Positions 28,635-41,448 of a stretch of DNA of 64,000 nt are shown piece by piece. The DNA comes from Octopus vulgaris. Taxonomy: Eukaryota. Position 1 is the stretch's first letter. Every line of letters begins with the position of its first letter. Made by a program: the position numbers and the translations under genes. Under the pieces are notes generated by a model. That model saw only the letters and a program-made list of their open reading frames with translations. It did not search any database and was not told where the DNA came from. The stretch lies in the NCBI GenBank assembly GCA_951406725.2, contig OX597816.1, positions 24,552,001 through 24,616,000 on the forward strand, in the 5' to 3' direction.

Positions 28635-29030
28635 ACTCTTTTACTTATTTCAGTCATTTGACTGTGGCCATGCTGGAGCACCGCCTTTAGTCGAGCAACT
28701 CGACCCCGGGGCTTATTTTTTGTAAGCCCAGTACTTATTCTATCGGTCTCTTTTGCCGAACCGCTAAGTGACGGGGACGTAAACACACCAGCATCGGTTG
28801 TCAAGCAATGCTAGGGGGACAAACACAGACACACAAACACACATATATATATATATATATACATATATACGACAGGCTCTTTTCAGTTTCCATCTACCAA
28901 ATCCACTCACAAGGCTTTGGTTGGCCCGGGGCTATAGCAGCAGACACTTGCCCAAGATGCCATGCAGAGGGACTGAACCCGGAACCATGTGGTTGGTAAA
29001 CAAGCTACTTACCACACAGCCACTCCTTCG
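28635..29030 (-). mobile_element. tRNA-derived SINE family A, representative copy (others at about 3310, 9395, 15340, 16190, 20845, 39025, 45825, 48645, 57035, 62095)
   Basis: Head ggagtggctgtgtggtaagtagc...ggttccgggttcagtcc (A/B-box-like), internal (TA/TG)n, tail ccagcatggccacagtcaaatgactgaaacaagtaaaag. Confidence 0.85.
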
Positions 29031-29630
29031 CCTATTATATATATATATATTCTCTTATTTGTTTCAGTCATTTGACTGCGCCCATGCTGGAGCACCACCT
29101 TTAGTCAAACAAATCCACCGCAGGACTAATTCTTTGTAAGCCTAATACTTATTCTATTGGTCTCTTTTATCGAACTGCTAAGTTATGGGGGACGTAAACA
29201 CACCAACATCACTGAGTGACACTTTGGACAAGTGTCCTCTACTGTAGCCCCAGGCAAACTAAAGCCTTCTGAGTGAATTTGGTAAAAGAAGCAAGTCATA
29301 TAGATGTGTGTGTGTGTGTGTATGTCAGATAGGACTATCAATGTGCAAACATGTTCTGATGTCCCATGAACCAGTTGCCTTCCTGGAGTGTTAACTGTAC
29401 CAGAAGAGTAAACTCAGATCAAGAGACTAGCAGAGTAAACTGACTATTATTAACCAGCATAGAGCAACAGGAAACCATTGCTGTAACTTTCTCAATAAAG
29501 ATCATGAATCTTCAGGCTTCAGCATGGAGCTCCATGAGAACTGGTACCTGTACGAATGGTACATGTGAAGGAGAGATCTAATAATTATGCAAAATGTACA
29601 TTTTTACACAAAGTAATATTAAACCCTTAC

Positions 29631-29719
29631 CAAATGAAAAGGTAATACAGCTAAAGCATGTTTGTCTTTTCCAACCCATGAACCATCAAGATGGCAATCT
29701 GCTTTCTGATAATAATAGG
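29631..29719 (-). CDS. TEP1: TEP1-like exon (YYYQKADCHLDGSWVGKDKHALAVLPFHL)
   Basis: tatttcag / gtaagg; ALxxLPxHL motif. Confidence 0.85.
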
Positions 29720-31091
29720 CTGAAATAAGAAACAAAAATATATGTTATCAAATGGAAAAATTGTGAATTGGAAAATAAGAGATTATGTGAGGAGACCTAT
29801 TGAGTCAAGTACATCAACATCAAAATAAATATCAAATGGAAATTGTAGTTGTGATCCCTGTGCTGTTGGTACATAAAAAGCACCATCCGAACATGGCCAA
29901 TGCCGCCTTGACAGGCTTCTGTGCTTGTGGCACGTAAAAAGCACCAACTGATCGTGGCCGCTGCCAGCTTTCCCTGGCACTTGTGCCGGTGGCACGTAAA
30001 AAGCACCCACTACACTTACAGAGTGGTTGGCATTAGGAAGGGCATCCAGCTGTAGAAACACTGCCAGATCAGACTGGAGCCTGGTGCTAGCACGGAAAAC
30101 AGACGTTAAACAATGATGATGATGATGATGATAATGTCTCACAAGCATCATGCTGACCAATGTGTCTAATACTTCTCTTTGTTCAGATCTCACTAAAATG
30201 AAAGCCTTCTTATTTTCTATCTACACTGTCTTTGTTTATAACTTATATCTGGTTATTCTTGTTTTTTAATACCAGCTTTATGCCTTCATCCTCATTGTTT
30301 CCAGGATTAAAATTTTTCTTTCTGAGTTTTTAATGTTCCATATGTTTTCAGTTGTAAGACTTGTTTTTGTTTTGCTTTGTTTGAACCTGGAGACATCCAG
30401 ACAAATGATACCAAGTTTTCCCAAGTGCTGAAATCATAATGACTCTGGATAAAGAGTTAGTTGATGAAATAGGTTCATCCATTTCTGCTTTGTGACCTTT
30501 CTGTTAATTGCTATAAATGTTCTTCGACATTAATTTGATATGCATGTATATTTGTATGTAGGTAAGTAGATAGACAGATAAATAGATAAAGTGTAATATG
30601 CATGTATGTTTATAAATATACACACACACGTGTGTATGTGTGTGTGCATGAGTATTTTGACATCACTAAACAAACATCAGTCACAGAATCAGTGTTATTT
30701 CTGTGGAAATTTGTCCAAAGTAGGGAAAAATATTACCTCGCTTGGAAATAAATGAGAGTCTCTCTCTCTCAAGCACATATTTACAAACACCAGGAAATCT
30801 CTTAACTCAAACGGTCTCGTTGCTTTGTTGACAAACCGACTTGAAATCATTCAAGAACTTAAATTATGTACACACACACACACACAAACACTACTCTATT
30901 TGGAAATAGATGAGAGTCGCTCTCTCTCTACATATACACACACACTCATATATAGATACATGTATATATATATATTCATACATACATACACACTCATAGA
31001 TAGATACACACACACATACACACTCATATAGATACATGTACATATATTCATTCATACACACACACTCATATATTTATACATGTATGCATAT

Positions 31092-31138
<47 letters not shown>

Positions 31139-31492
31139 TTCATACACACACACATACACACTCATATATATACATGTATATATATATTCATTCATACACA
31201 CATACACTCATATATAGATACATGTACATATAGTCATTCACACACACACACACACTCATATATAGATACATGTATATGTATATATATATGTATTTATTCA
31301 TATACATACATAAACACAATATATACACATTTATGTATAATTATTCTACCTCACGCCAACATCCTATACTTATATACACATACATACACAATATACGCAC
31401 ATAAATATTTATATATGTCTGTTTTATGTGACAAAATTATCTCAATAAAACTATTTGATATGTTTTTGTTTATAAAATATTATTTCTCTTAC

Positions 31493-31593
31493 ATGATAAA
31501 ATTTGATGATAATATTTTGCTGACTCATTTTTCAGATATCTGTTCTGAATTGCTGTCCTCAACAGTTTATAATTGATAGATAAAGATCCAGTT
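31493..31593 (-). CDS. TEP1: TEP1-like exon (TGSLSINYKLLRTAIQNRYLKNESAKYYHQILS)
   Basis: ttttctag / gtaaga; phase 2-1. Confidence 0.82.
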
Positions 31594-31803
31594 CTAGAAA
31601 AGATAAATTTTAAGAGATATTAAGAAAAAGATAAATATATACCACCAGCTGAAAAGGAAGCACAAGAACGTATGTTTTATAATTTCATGAAGAAACTCTA
31701 GAATCTGATAATAAACATATATTTGGAAAGCCTATAGAATATATCTCTTCAGAAACAATGTGAAGAGTCTAAAGCCATAGATATTGTTAGGCCAGACATT
31801 GAG

Positions 31804-31844
<41 letters not shown>

Positions 31845-31854
<10 letters not shown>

Positions 31855-32450
31855 GTATAGGAAAGAATGGAGCTGAACGAAGATTTAACAAAATTCCTTT
31901 ATTTTATTTTCGACATATGTTTCGAAGTCTGCAAAGTCCCTAATTCTGATTGAATAAGGAGTCCATTTTGCAGCTTTCTCTTCAGGAAAATCCAGGAACT
32001 TAATTCTCCAACAAAATGCACAACAAGCTTTTCGACAAATGCTCACAAGGAGCCCATGAAATTAATGATACAAACTGTCTATCTATATGCGTTGACGCCA
32101 GATTGGATGAAAGCAGAAGAGATTGTCCGTTGAGATGTTTGTCGAAAAGCTTGTTGTGCATTTTGTTGGAGAAAGCTGCAAAATGAACTCCTTATTCAAT
32201 CGGAATTAGGGACTTTGCAGACTTCGAAACATATGTCGAAAATAAAATAAAGGAATTTTGTTAAATCTTCGTTCAGCTCCATTCTTTCCTATACTTAATA
32301 TATAAAACTTCAAATTTCCGCACTAAGGCACGGATTTTATGCCCCATGGTCGTAACTTCAACCGTGCTCTTTCTGTTGTGATTTTTGCTACCCAGGTATC
32401 GGTTATCATTTGAATTATCCGTAATAAGATAATTCATTTATCTACTTCAA

Positions 32451-32455
<5 letters not shown>
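31845..32455. mobile_element. Penelope-like (PLE) remnant with inverted terminal-repeat arrangement, between (TA)n tracts
   Basis: About 31845-32045 is the reverse complement of about 32130-32303; carries a hammerhead; (TA)n on both sides. Confidence 0.65.
31907..31990 (-). ncRNA. Type I hammerhead ribozyme motif with intact core, in a Penelope-like terminal repeat fragment
   Basis: Minus strand: TTTTC CTGAAGA [GAAAGCTGCAAA...TTTGCAGACTTC] GAAA CATATG TC GAAAA; stems I and II pair, stem III minimal and palindromic. Confidence 0.8.
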
Positions 32456-32503
<48 letters not shown>

Positions 32504-32577
32504 CGCCATGTTGATTCGTTAGCTCCTGCACGCATTTTTTTCTCTCCTTGTTTATCTCCGTGTTTCTTTTCTGTGTA

Positions 32578-32615
32578 TCTTTCTGTTGAAGAGCGTAGGC
32601 TCGAAATGTAAAAGA
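32578..32615 (+). ncRNA. Minimal hammerhead-like motif with variant core (related copies 32754-32791 -, 9933-9970 -)
   Basis: TCTTT CTGTTGAA GAGC gtag GCTC GAAA TG TA AAAGA. Confidence 0.5.
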
Positions 32616-32711
32616 CTTGTTTTATTTCCATTCCTGAGTGCCATACTAATACAATTGTTTGTTTGTACTCCACTTGCCTTCGTCTTTTGTTTATTTTCAT
32701 AAAGCTTCCTG

Positions 32712-32756
<45 letters not shown>

Positions 32757-33600
32757 TTTACATTTCGAGCGTATGCTCTTCGACAGAAAGGAACATAAAA
32801 ATAAACAGGGAGAGAAAATAGAAAAATGTTTAGTGGCTAGTGATCTAGTATCAACTGAAAAACAAAGGACAACAAGAGGGAAGTGTTATAATTTCAAGAA
32901 GAAACTCTAGAATCTGATGATAAACATATTTTTGGAAATCCTATAGAATATCTCTCTTCAAAACCAATGTGAAGAGTCTACAGCCACATATGTTGTTAGG
33001 CTAGACAGTGAATAATATATATATATATATATATATAAATCTTAGAGCAAGTTATAAACAGTAGCTGCAATACATTGTGACGTATATTTGCCATTTAAAT
33101 ATGGCTAACCCCTAAGGGTGGATGCTACTGTAGTTTGTAGCCCCAGGAGGACACCTCCTCCAGCTGGCTTTAGACACACTTTCTGTGCCCTATCAGTATT
33201 GTGTGTCTATAGCCAGCTGGAGGAGGTGTCCTCCTGGGGCTACAAAGTACAGCAGCATCCACCCTTGGGCATTAGCCATATTTAAATGGCAAATATACGT
33301 CACTATATATATGTGTGTAATACTAAGTAAAAAACAAAAGACAAGGGGGGAAGTTTTATAATTTTATGAAGGTACTCTAGAATTTAATGATAACATTTTT
33401 GGTAAGAAGCAATGTAGAGAGTCTAGAGTCATGATCTTTGTTAGACTACTTCATTCACAGTAGACACTATGAGATGCTATAATTTAATATTGTATACTGG
33501 GAGGGAATTATATGATTGAAGAGGGCTCTGTTATCTCTCAGCAGCAGTAGTAGTAGTAGTGGTGGTGGTGGTGGTGGTGGTGGTGGTAGTAGTAGTAGTG

Positions 33601-33642
<42 letters not shown>

Positions 33643-34696
33643 AGGGTGCATGTGCTGTAAGAACATGTTGCTGCATCCACCATTTGTTGGTGATTTTGTA
33701 CTCCCAGTGGATGACACCTTTGCACCACTCAGGCGACAACCCTCTAACCCATGGGTCTGTTTGGGTAGTTATTGCTGGTGATGGTTTTATGAGGTCAGAA
33801 TGCAAATCCTCCCTCCTCAACTTCTTTTAGTTGCCTTTTATGACATGCAGAGGAAACATTGAGTCTATTCTTTGGCATGCTGGTCTCCACACAGCATTAG
33901 AGCAATGTGAAATGAAGAGCTTTGCTCAAGAGCACAATTTGCTACCTGTTCTGGGAATCAAACCCATGATCTAGCAATCAATAGTGCAACACCCTAACCA
34001 CTAAGCCATGCACCTCAACAATACTTAGTTTTAATTGTCCTGTCTTTTAAGGGCAAATGGAAAGATGCTGAAATAATTACTTTCTTTATTGTCGTTTCAT
34101 CATCATTTTAACATCTACTTTTCCATGCCTGTATGGATCAGACAAGAGTTTTTCAGGGCAGATTTTCCATGGCTGGGTACCCTTGCTGTTGCCAACCCTC
34201 ACCTGTTTCTAAGCAAGGTGATATTTTTCCCAAGGCCAGACATGTTTTTTGCAGAATATTGGAAATGAATGGACTCTAACCCTTCCACCTTCCCAGGAAT
34301 AGTCAGTGGAGCAAATGGATGAACAGGTGAATATTTCAGAAGAAATATGGTAATAAAAGGGTTAATTCACTGCTGTAACACAAAAAAAAATGCTTAAAAT
34401 TGCCAGCCTCGACTGGCCCCCGTGCCAGTGGCACATAAAAAGCACCATCCGACCGTGGTCGTTTGCCAGCCCCGTCTGGCACCTGTGCCAGTGGCATGTA
34501 AAAAGCACCCACTACACTCACGGAGTGGTTGGCGTTAGGAAGGGCATCCAGCCGTAGAAACATTGCCAGATCAGACTGGGGCTGGTGCAGCCTTCTGGCT
34601 TCCCAGACCCCAGTTGACCCGTCCAACCCATGCTAGCATGGAAAGCGGACGCTAAATGATGATGATGATGATGATTATGATTTTAGAAATATTTAC

Positions 34697-34904
34697 CTTG
34701 CATACGTTTCTCCAAAGTTGAGAAAACAGTGGAGGACATAATGTAATCGCACAGATTTGTGTTTGGGGATAAATTCATGAGAAGAGGTCAGATTTTGGAG
34801 AAGCAGAGGGTTATTCAAATGCATATGGACTTTCTCTTCCTTTGGATCACCTTTGATAACCATACAAAGATTCAGCAGATCATACAGTTCTGATGTCAAA
34901 AGAC
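34697..34904 (-). CDS. TEP1: TEP1-like exon (GLLTSELYDLLNLC...FLNFGETYA)
   Basis: ttctatag / gtaaat; GLxxSEL continues the previous exon; phase 1-2. Confidence 0.82.
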
Positions 34905-35532
34905 CTATAGAATCAACAAAGAAAATATATGCAATTAATAATAAATATGCAATCTCTCATACAGAGATTTTCTTGACTAGCTAGCTTGCTTGCTTGTTGA
35001 AAAATAAATAACTGGAGTCATTGAATGTATCAATCTATTTACATTTAAATGGATTTGGCAAATAATTTCTTTGCATATGTGAAAGAACTTATAACTTCAA
35101 AAAGAAACAAAGATACATTCTTGTCATAAAATGCAAATGTATTAAAAGAAACTCGTCAACCAGATTTTATTAAACATTCTTTGATACCATTGTTACAGAC
35201 ATAAATTCAATATGAAGTAATAATAATATGCATGTTGTCTTGTCATAAAATAAGAAATATGCTAATATTTTATTATTAAGAGACCAACCCATGCCAGCAT
35301 GGACAACAGACATTAAATGATGATGATGATATATATATATATATATACAGTAATCCCCTGGTATTTGTTCCTAGAGCAGCCGCGAATAGTGGAAAACTGC
35401 AAATATTGGAGGTGGTCCATAAAAATGCCTATAAATGTCAAAATATAATGTAAAATATTATATATATATTATATCCTCATCGGCAGGAAGACGAATAAAA
35501 TGTAAATCAGTTGGATAATAATAATATTAATG

Positions 35533-35570
<38 letters not shown>

Positions 35571-35571
<1 letters not shown>

Positions 35572-37755
35572 TTTACTGCAGTGATATCGCAAAGGTTGAA
35601 CAAGCACCTGGACGAAAACAACCTGTTTCCAGAAGAACAGAAAGGATGCCGCAAAGGCTCATATGGCTGTAAAGATCAACTAATGATTAATAAAGCCATA
35701 ACTGAAGACAGCCACAGAAAGAAGAAAGGCCTCAGTATGGCCTGGATTGACTACAAAAAGGCGTTTGATAGCATCCCCCACACATGGATCCTCGAAACAC
35801 TAGCCATTAACAAAGTAGCACCAACATTTATAAAATTCATAGGGCACTCTATGAATAAATGGCAAACAGTGCTACAGCTCCAAACAAAAGAGGGACTCAT
35901 GAAAACCAAAGCCATCCCCACTAGAAGAATAATATTCCAGGGAGACACGCTCTCTCCACTCCTTTTCTGCTTGGCACTGTCACCTCTATCTGATATGCTA
36001 AATAGAACTGGATGCGGATATAAATGTTACGGCAAAACGATCAGCCACTTTTTATATATGGATGACCTAAAACTATACGCTGCAAATGACAAACAGCTGG
36101 GAACACTATTAAAGACAGTTCATGGATTTACCAAAGAAATAGATATGAAATTTGGATTAGAAAAATGCGCCAAAGTAACCATGAAAAGAGGAAAACTAGT
36201 TAAGAGTAGCAACATCACACTAGATAAAACCAATGAAATAAAAGAACTAGACCAAAGCCAAACTTACAAATACTCAGGAATCCATGAACTAGATAAGACA
36301 CAACACACCCAAATGAAAGAGAAAATAAAAATAGAATATTATAGACAAGTTAGATCAATAGTGAAAACAGAGCTCAATGCTAAAAACAAGATAATAGGTA
36401 TTAACACTTTAGCTGTTCCAGTTATAAGTTACAGCTACAATATCCTTAACTGGACACTAAATGAACTGACCAAAATAGATAGGAAAACAAGAAAAATAAT
36501 GACAGGATCTAGGATGCATCACCCAAAATCTGACATAGAAAGACTATATATACAATGTATAGAAGGTGGTAGAGGCCTTATACAGCTGGAAAACTACTAT
36601 AAATTAACCACCATAGGACTGCAAAAATATCTACTTCAGAAGGAAGGAAAACTGATACAAATAGCAGCAAAACATGAGCAAAACAAAAAACTGTTCTCAG
36701 TATTTAAGGAAGCTGACAAATACAAACAAGAAGTCATACCACCTAATAAATATGAAGAAGAAGAAGAAGAAGAAGAAGAAGAAGAAGAAGAAGAAGAAGA
36801 AGAAGAAGAAGAAGAAGAAGAAGAAGAAGAAGATGAAGAAACAACAAAAGCTATAAAACAAATGAAATTCAAACTAAAAATAGAACAGCAATGAACCATG
36901 ATAAAACGATGGCAGGAAAAGCCCCTTCATGGTAAATACTGGACAAAACTAAACGCAAAATAGACAAAGAAAAATCCCAGCAATGGTTGAGAAGCTCAGG
37001 ACTCAAAGCAGAGACAGAGGGATTTTTAATTGCAGCACAAGACCAAAGCCTCCCCACCAGAAATGACCAAAAACATGTAATGAAAAGAAATATAACAAGT
37101 AACTGCAGAATATGTGGAGATGGACAAGAAACAATAAATCATATTATCTCTGGCTGCCCAGTCCTGGCTAAGAAGGAATATATTCACAGACATGACAGAG
37201 TTGGAACCTACATACACTGGAAGCTATGCCAACATTATGGAATAACAACAGAAAAAAGATGGTATAGGTACACACCAGAAAAGGTCACAGAAAACGAGAA
37301 AGCAACCATACTCTGGGATATGCCAATACACACAGATAGAGAAATTAAGGCCAACAGACCAGATATAGTTGTCAGAGATCATGAAGAAAAAAATGCTTTC
37401 TAATTGATGTATCAATACCGGCAGATGACAACGTGTCTCTAAAAGAAATGGAGAAACTTTCAAAATACAAAGACCTGGAAATAGAGGTAACCAGAATGTG
37501 GAATCTAAAGACAGAAACAATTCCTATCATAGTAGGTGCATTAGGCATGATAAAAAAATATTCAGACAAATACATAACAAAAACACCAGGACTTACAAAC
37601 ACATATAAGATACAGAAAATTGCACTACTAGGCACTGCACACATCCTATGCAGAACACTTTCCATACAATAACCATCAGAGCATCACAACAAATCACAGC
37701 ACATACCTGCGCTCGGTAGTGAAGTGAAAGCACGCTATAAAAATAAAACTACTGA
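35571..37755 (+). mobile_element. 5'-truncated R4/Dong-type non-LTR retrotransposon (RT + CCHC + restriction-like endonuclease), pseudogenised
   Basis: RT motifs EEQKG, WIDYKKAFDS, QGDTLSP, YMDD; CRIC...H...C zinc knuckle, RHD, NRPDI, EKLSKY; (TAA)n flanks; stop at about 36892 and frameshifts. Confidence 0.92.
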
Positions 37756-37769
37756 ATAATAATAATAAC

Positions 37770-37824
<55 letters not shown>

Positions 37825-38465
37825 GCCCTGATGCAGTACCAGACAGTGGCTCTCATGGCGTCTGATCTTAACTGATTGGAAGTGTTATCATGTACACTCT
37901 TTTGTTTTGGTATAAAAGATGGGCTACAGCAATACCACAGATTTGCTTGTCAGTTGTTTGACCTTAACCAGTTTAGCACGTCCCTTAGTGGCTGACAATA
38001 TATGAATCTCTAATCATGAACAGAAGTAGTGGGGGAGCATCATAGCCATGTGTTGAGAGGAATTTTGGGGGTTTTGAATAATTCACCTCTGGAAACATGA
38101 GTGTTTTGTTCAACATCTATCCTTAAAAAACCCTTATTCAAGGACCATTTGAAAGGGATGGACTACTTAATCTGAAGAAAATTCTAACTGGGCCTCACCT
38201 GCAAGGATATGCACTGTTTATCTTGATATGAGATCACAATGTCACTCACATTTGGTTGTGATGCATGTGCCTGATGTATCCTTATCAGACGGGTAGTCAT
38301 GATGGGTACACTGCGCTTCATATATTTTACCCCAGTGTCACTTTGATGGCATGCACTGCTCTCTCACTCAATGATAATAATAATAATAATAATAATAATA
38401 TAGAAAGAAGGAAAGGAGGGAGGTTCATCAAGAGTTGAAGGATCTTAAACAAATATGCTAAAGAC

Positions 38466-38928
38466 CAGTGGTTTTCAGCCACTTTTTGTCTATGGGCCTC
38501 TTTGATTTGTATTTTAATCAGATGGATCCTTATAGCCATTTGATGTTTAAAAAAGCTATATTTTTAGGATTAAATATTATTGTTGTTTGTTCCTTCTTGA
38601 GCCATGTCTGGCTCATTAGGGCCAGTTTCCCAGTTTCCTTGGCATATAGGTTCCCCACCAGCAGGAGGAAAGAGTGAGAGAAAGTTGTGGCGAAAGAGTC
38701 AGCAGAAGTTCGCCATTACCTTCTGCCAGAGCCGGTCTGAGATTCGATCCCGCGATCCCTCGACCACAAGATCGCTGCTCTAACCACTAGGCCATGTGCC
38801 TCCACACTTAAATATTATTAGGAATTGTTAAATATTTTGCGTACTGTAGAAATATAACCAAATTATTGCACAACGAAACCTTATATGGACCCCCTAAGGG
38901 CCATACGGAGACTGGTCGGAAACCACTG
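38466..38928. mobile_element. hAT-type MITE with nested SINE (about 38581-38808; TSD ttaaatattatt)
   Basis: TIRs cagtggttttcagcc / ggtcggaaaccactg. Confidence 0.7.
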
Positions 38929-39399
38929 AACTAGACTATGAAGTAGATTTAAAGACAGTGAGAGAAAGAGGGAGAATAAAAAGAAAAGAGAAAATACATT
39001 GGTGTGAAAAAAAAGAAAGACTGCAAGAGTGGCTGTGTGGTAAGTAGCTTGCTTACTAACCACATGGTTCTGGGTTCAGTCCCACTGCATGGCACCTTGG
39101 GCAAGTGCCTTCTACTACAGCCTCGGGCCGACCAAAGCCTTGTGAGTGGATTTGGTAGATGGAAACTGAAAGAAGCCCATCGTATATATATGTATGTGTA
39201 TGTATGTGTTTGTCCCCCCCAACATTGCTTGACAACCGATGCTGGTGTGTTTACATCCCCATAACCTAGCGGTTCGGCAAAAGAGACCGATAGAATAAGT
39301 ACTAGGCTTCCAAAGAATAAGTTCTGGGGTTGATTTGTCGACTAAAGGCGATGCTCCAGCACGGCCACAGTCAAATGACTGAAACAAGTAAAAGAGTAA

Positions 39400-39831
39400 G
39401 AAAGAAATATATAGAGTGAAGAGGAGAAAGTGACGGGAAAGAGGGAGGGAGGGAGGGAGGGGGAGGGTGATAGTGCAAGGGTGAGATGAAGAAGGGAAAA
39501 GAGATAGAAGGGGAGAGACAGAGATGGAAAATGGAAATGAGAAAGAAGAAAGAATATAAAAGCTAGGAAAAAGAAATGTGTATAAAAAGAAGAAGGAATA
39601 TGGACGGGAAGAAGGAGAAAGAGAAAGAAATAAGAGGAGAATAAGAAAATACAGGAGAGAGAAAGAGAGAGAGAGAAGGAAAGGCTGAAAAAGAGGAAGG
39701 ACAATATGGGAAAAAGCAAAAGAGAGAGAGAGAATGAAATTGAAGCAAAATGGGACTCAGAGAGAGAGAGAGAGAGTTAGAAGTAGAGCAAAAAGAGAGA
39801 AAGAGATGGAGAGAAAAGAAAGAGGAAAAAT

Positions 39832-39883
<52 letters not shown>

Positions 39884-41221
39884 TATAAAGAGTGTTATCC
39901 AGCTGGTTTACTTTGTATCCAGTAGAATCTTAAAACTGCAAAGCAGTTTAAGGAAATGGAAGAAAAGAAAGGAAGAAAAGGGGGGGAGAAGTAGGAAGGA
40001 AGGAAGGAGACAGCTAGAGAAGGAAAGAAACAAAGAGTGAGAAAGAAAGAAAGAAAGAAAGAAAGGACGGAAGAGAAAAGGGAAAGAAAGAAAGGAAGGA
40101 AGAAAGGAAGGACGGAAGAGGAAAGAAAGAAAGAAAGAAAGAAAGGAAGGAAGGAAGAGAAAAAGAAAAGAAAGAGAAAGGAAGAAAAGAAAAAGAAAGG
40201 AAAAGAAAAAGAGGGAGCGAGAGAGTGAAAAAGAAAGAAAAAGAAATAGAAAGAAGGAAAGAAAGTAAGAAAGAAAGGAAGAAAAGAAGAAAGAAAGGAA
40301 GAAAGAAAGGAAGAAAGAAAGGAAGGAAGAAAGGAAGGACGGAAGAGAAAAGGGAAAGAAAGGAAGAAAGGAAGGACGGAAGAGAAAAGGGAAAGAAAGA
40401 AAGGAAGGAAGAAAGGAAGGACGGAAGAGGAAAGAAAGAAAGAAAGAAAGGAAGGAAGGAAGGAAGAGAAAAAGAAAAGAAAGAAAAAGAAAGAAAGGAA
40501 AAGAAAAAGAAAAAGAGGGAGCGAGAGAGTGAAAAAGAAAGAAAAAGAAATAGAAAGAAGGAAAGAAAGAAAGGTAAAAGAGGTGAGAAGTTAGAGCAGC
40601 TTTATTTAAAATTGATTTCATTAATAAAATGGAAAAGAAAAAAAAGTAGAAGAAATCGGATTTATAAATATTTTTTCAAATACGAATTTCTATTTCCATA
40701 AAAGAAAAGATAAATATATAGAGATTTCTTTGCTGCAAGCAAGAAAATAAATTTTTAAAAAAAGATCAATAATAATAATAATAATAATGGTGAAGAAGAA
40801 GAAGAAGAAGAAGAAGAAGAAGAAGAAGAAGAAGAAGAAGAAGAAGAAGGAGGAGGAGGAGGAGGAGGAGAAGGAGGAGAAGGAGGAGGAGGGGGACGAA
40901 GAAGGGGGAGGGGGACGAAGAAGGAGGAGGAGGGGAGGGGCGACGAAGGAGGAGGCGGGGGACGAAGGAGGAGGAGGGGGACGAAGGAGGAGGAGGGGGA
41001 CGAAGAAGAAGCAGAAGAAGGAGACGAAGAAGGAGAAGAAGAAGTGAGAGTGGGATGTGGGGGCAGTTGAGGTGGGGAAGTAGGGGTTGTTGAGGTGGTG
41101 AGGGAGGGGGAAGAGGAGGAGGGGAGAAAGTTGGGGAGGGGAGGAGGAAGAAAAAAATGAAAGAAAATAGCAAAGAAAGAAAGAAGGAGAAGAAGGAGGG
41201 AAGGAAAGAAGGAGGGAAGGA

Positions 41222-41273
<52 letters not shown>

Positions 41274-41280
41274 GAGAAAG
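39400..41280. repeat. Polypurine low-complexity tract (GAAA/GGAA/GAA/GGA repeats); similar at 53380-53790 and 63730-64000
   Basis: Direct inspection. Confidence 0.9.
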
Positions 41281-41448
41281 CTGACAGAGTGTGAGGAAGA
41301 GAAGATTTATTAATGGCAGCAGCAATGATGATGATGATGATGGAAAAGAAAGAGAAGACCGAAAAAGATTTTTAAAATGTCGAAGACTAACATGAAAGAT
41401 GGCAAAAGATGGCAGAAGAAGAACAAGGACAAAAAAAATGTATTTTAC

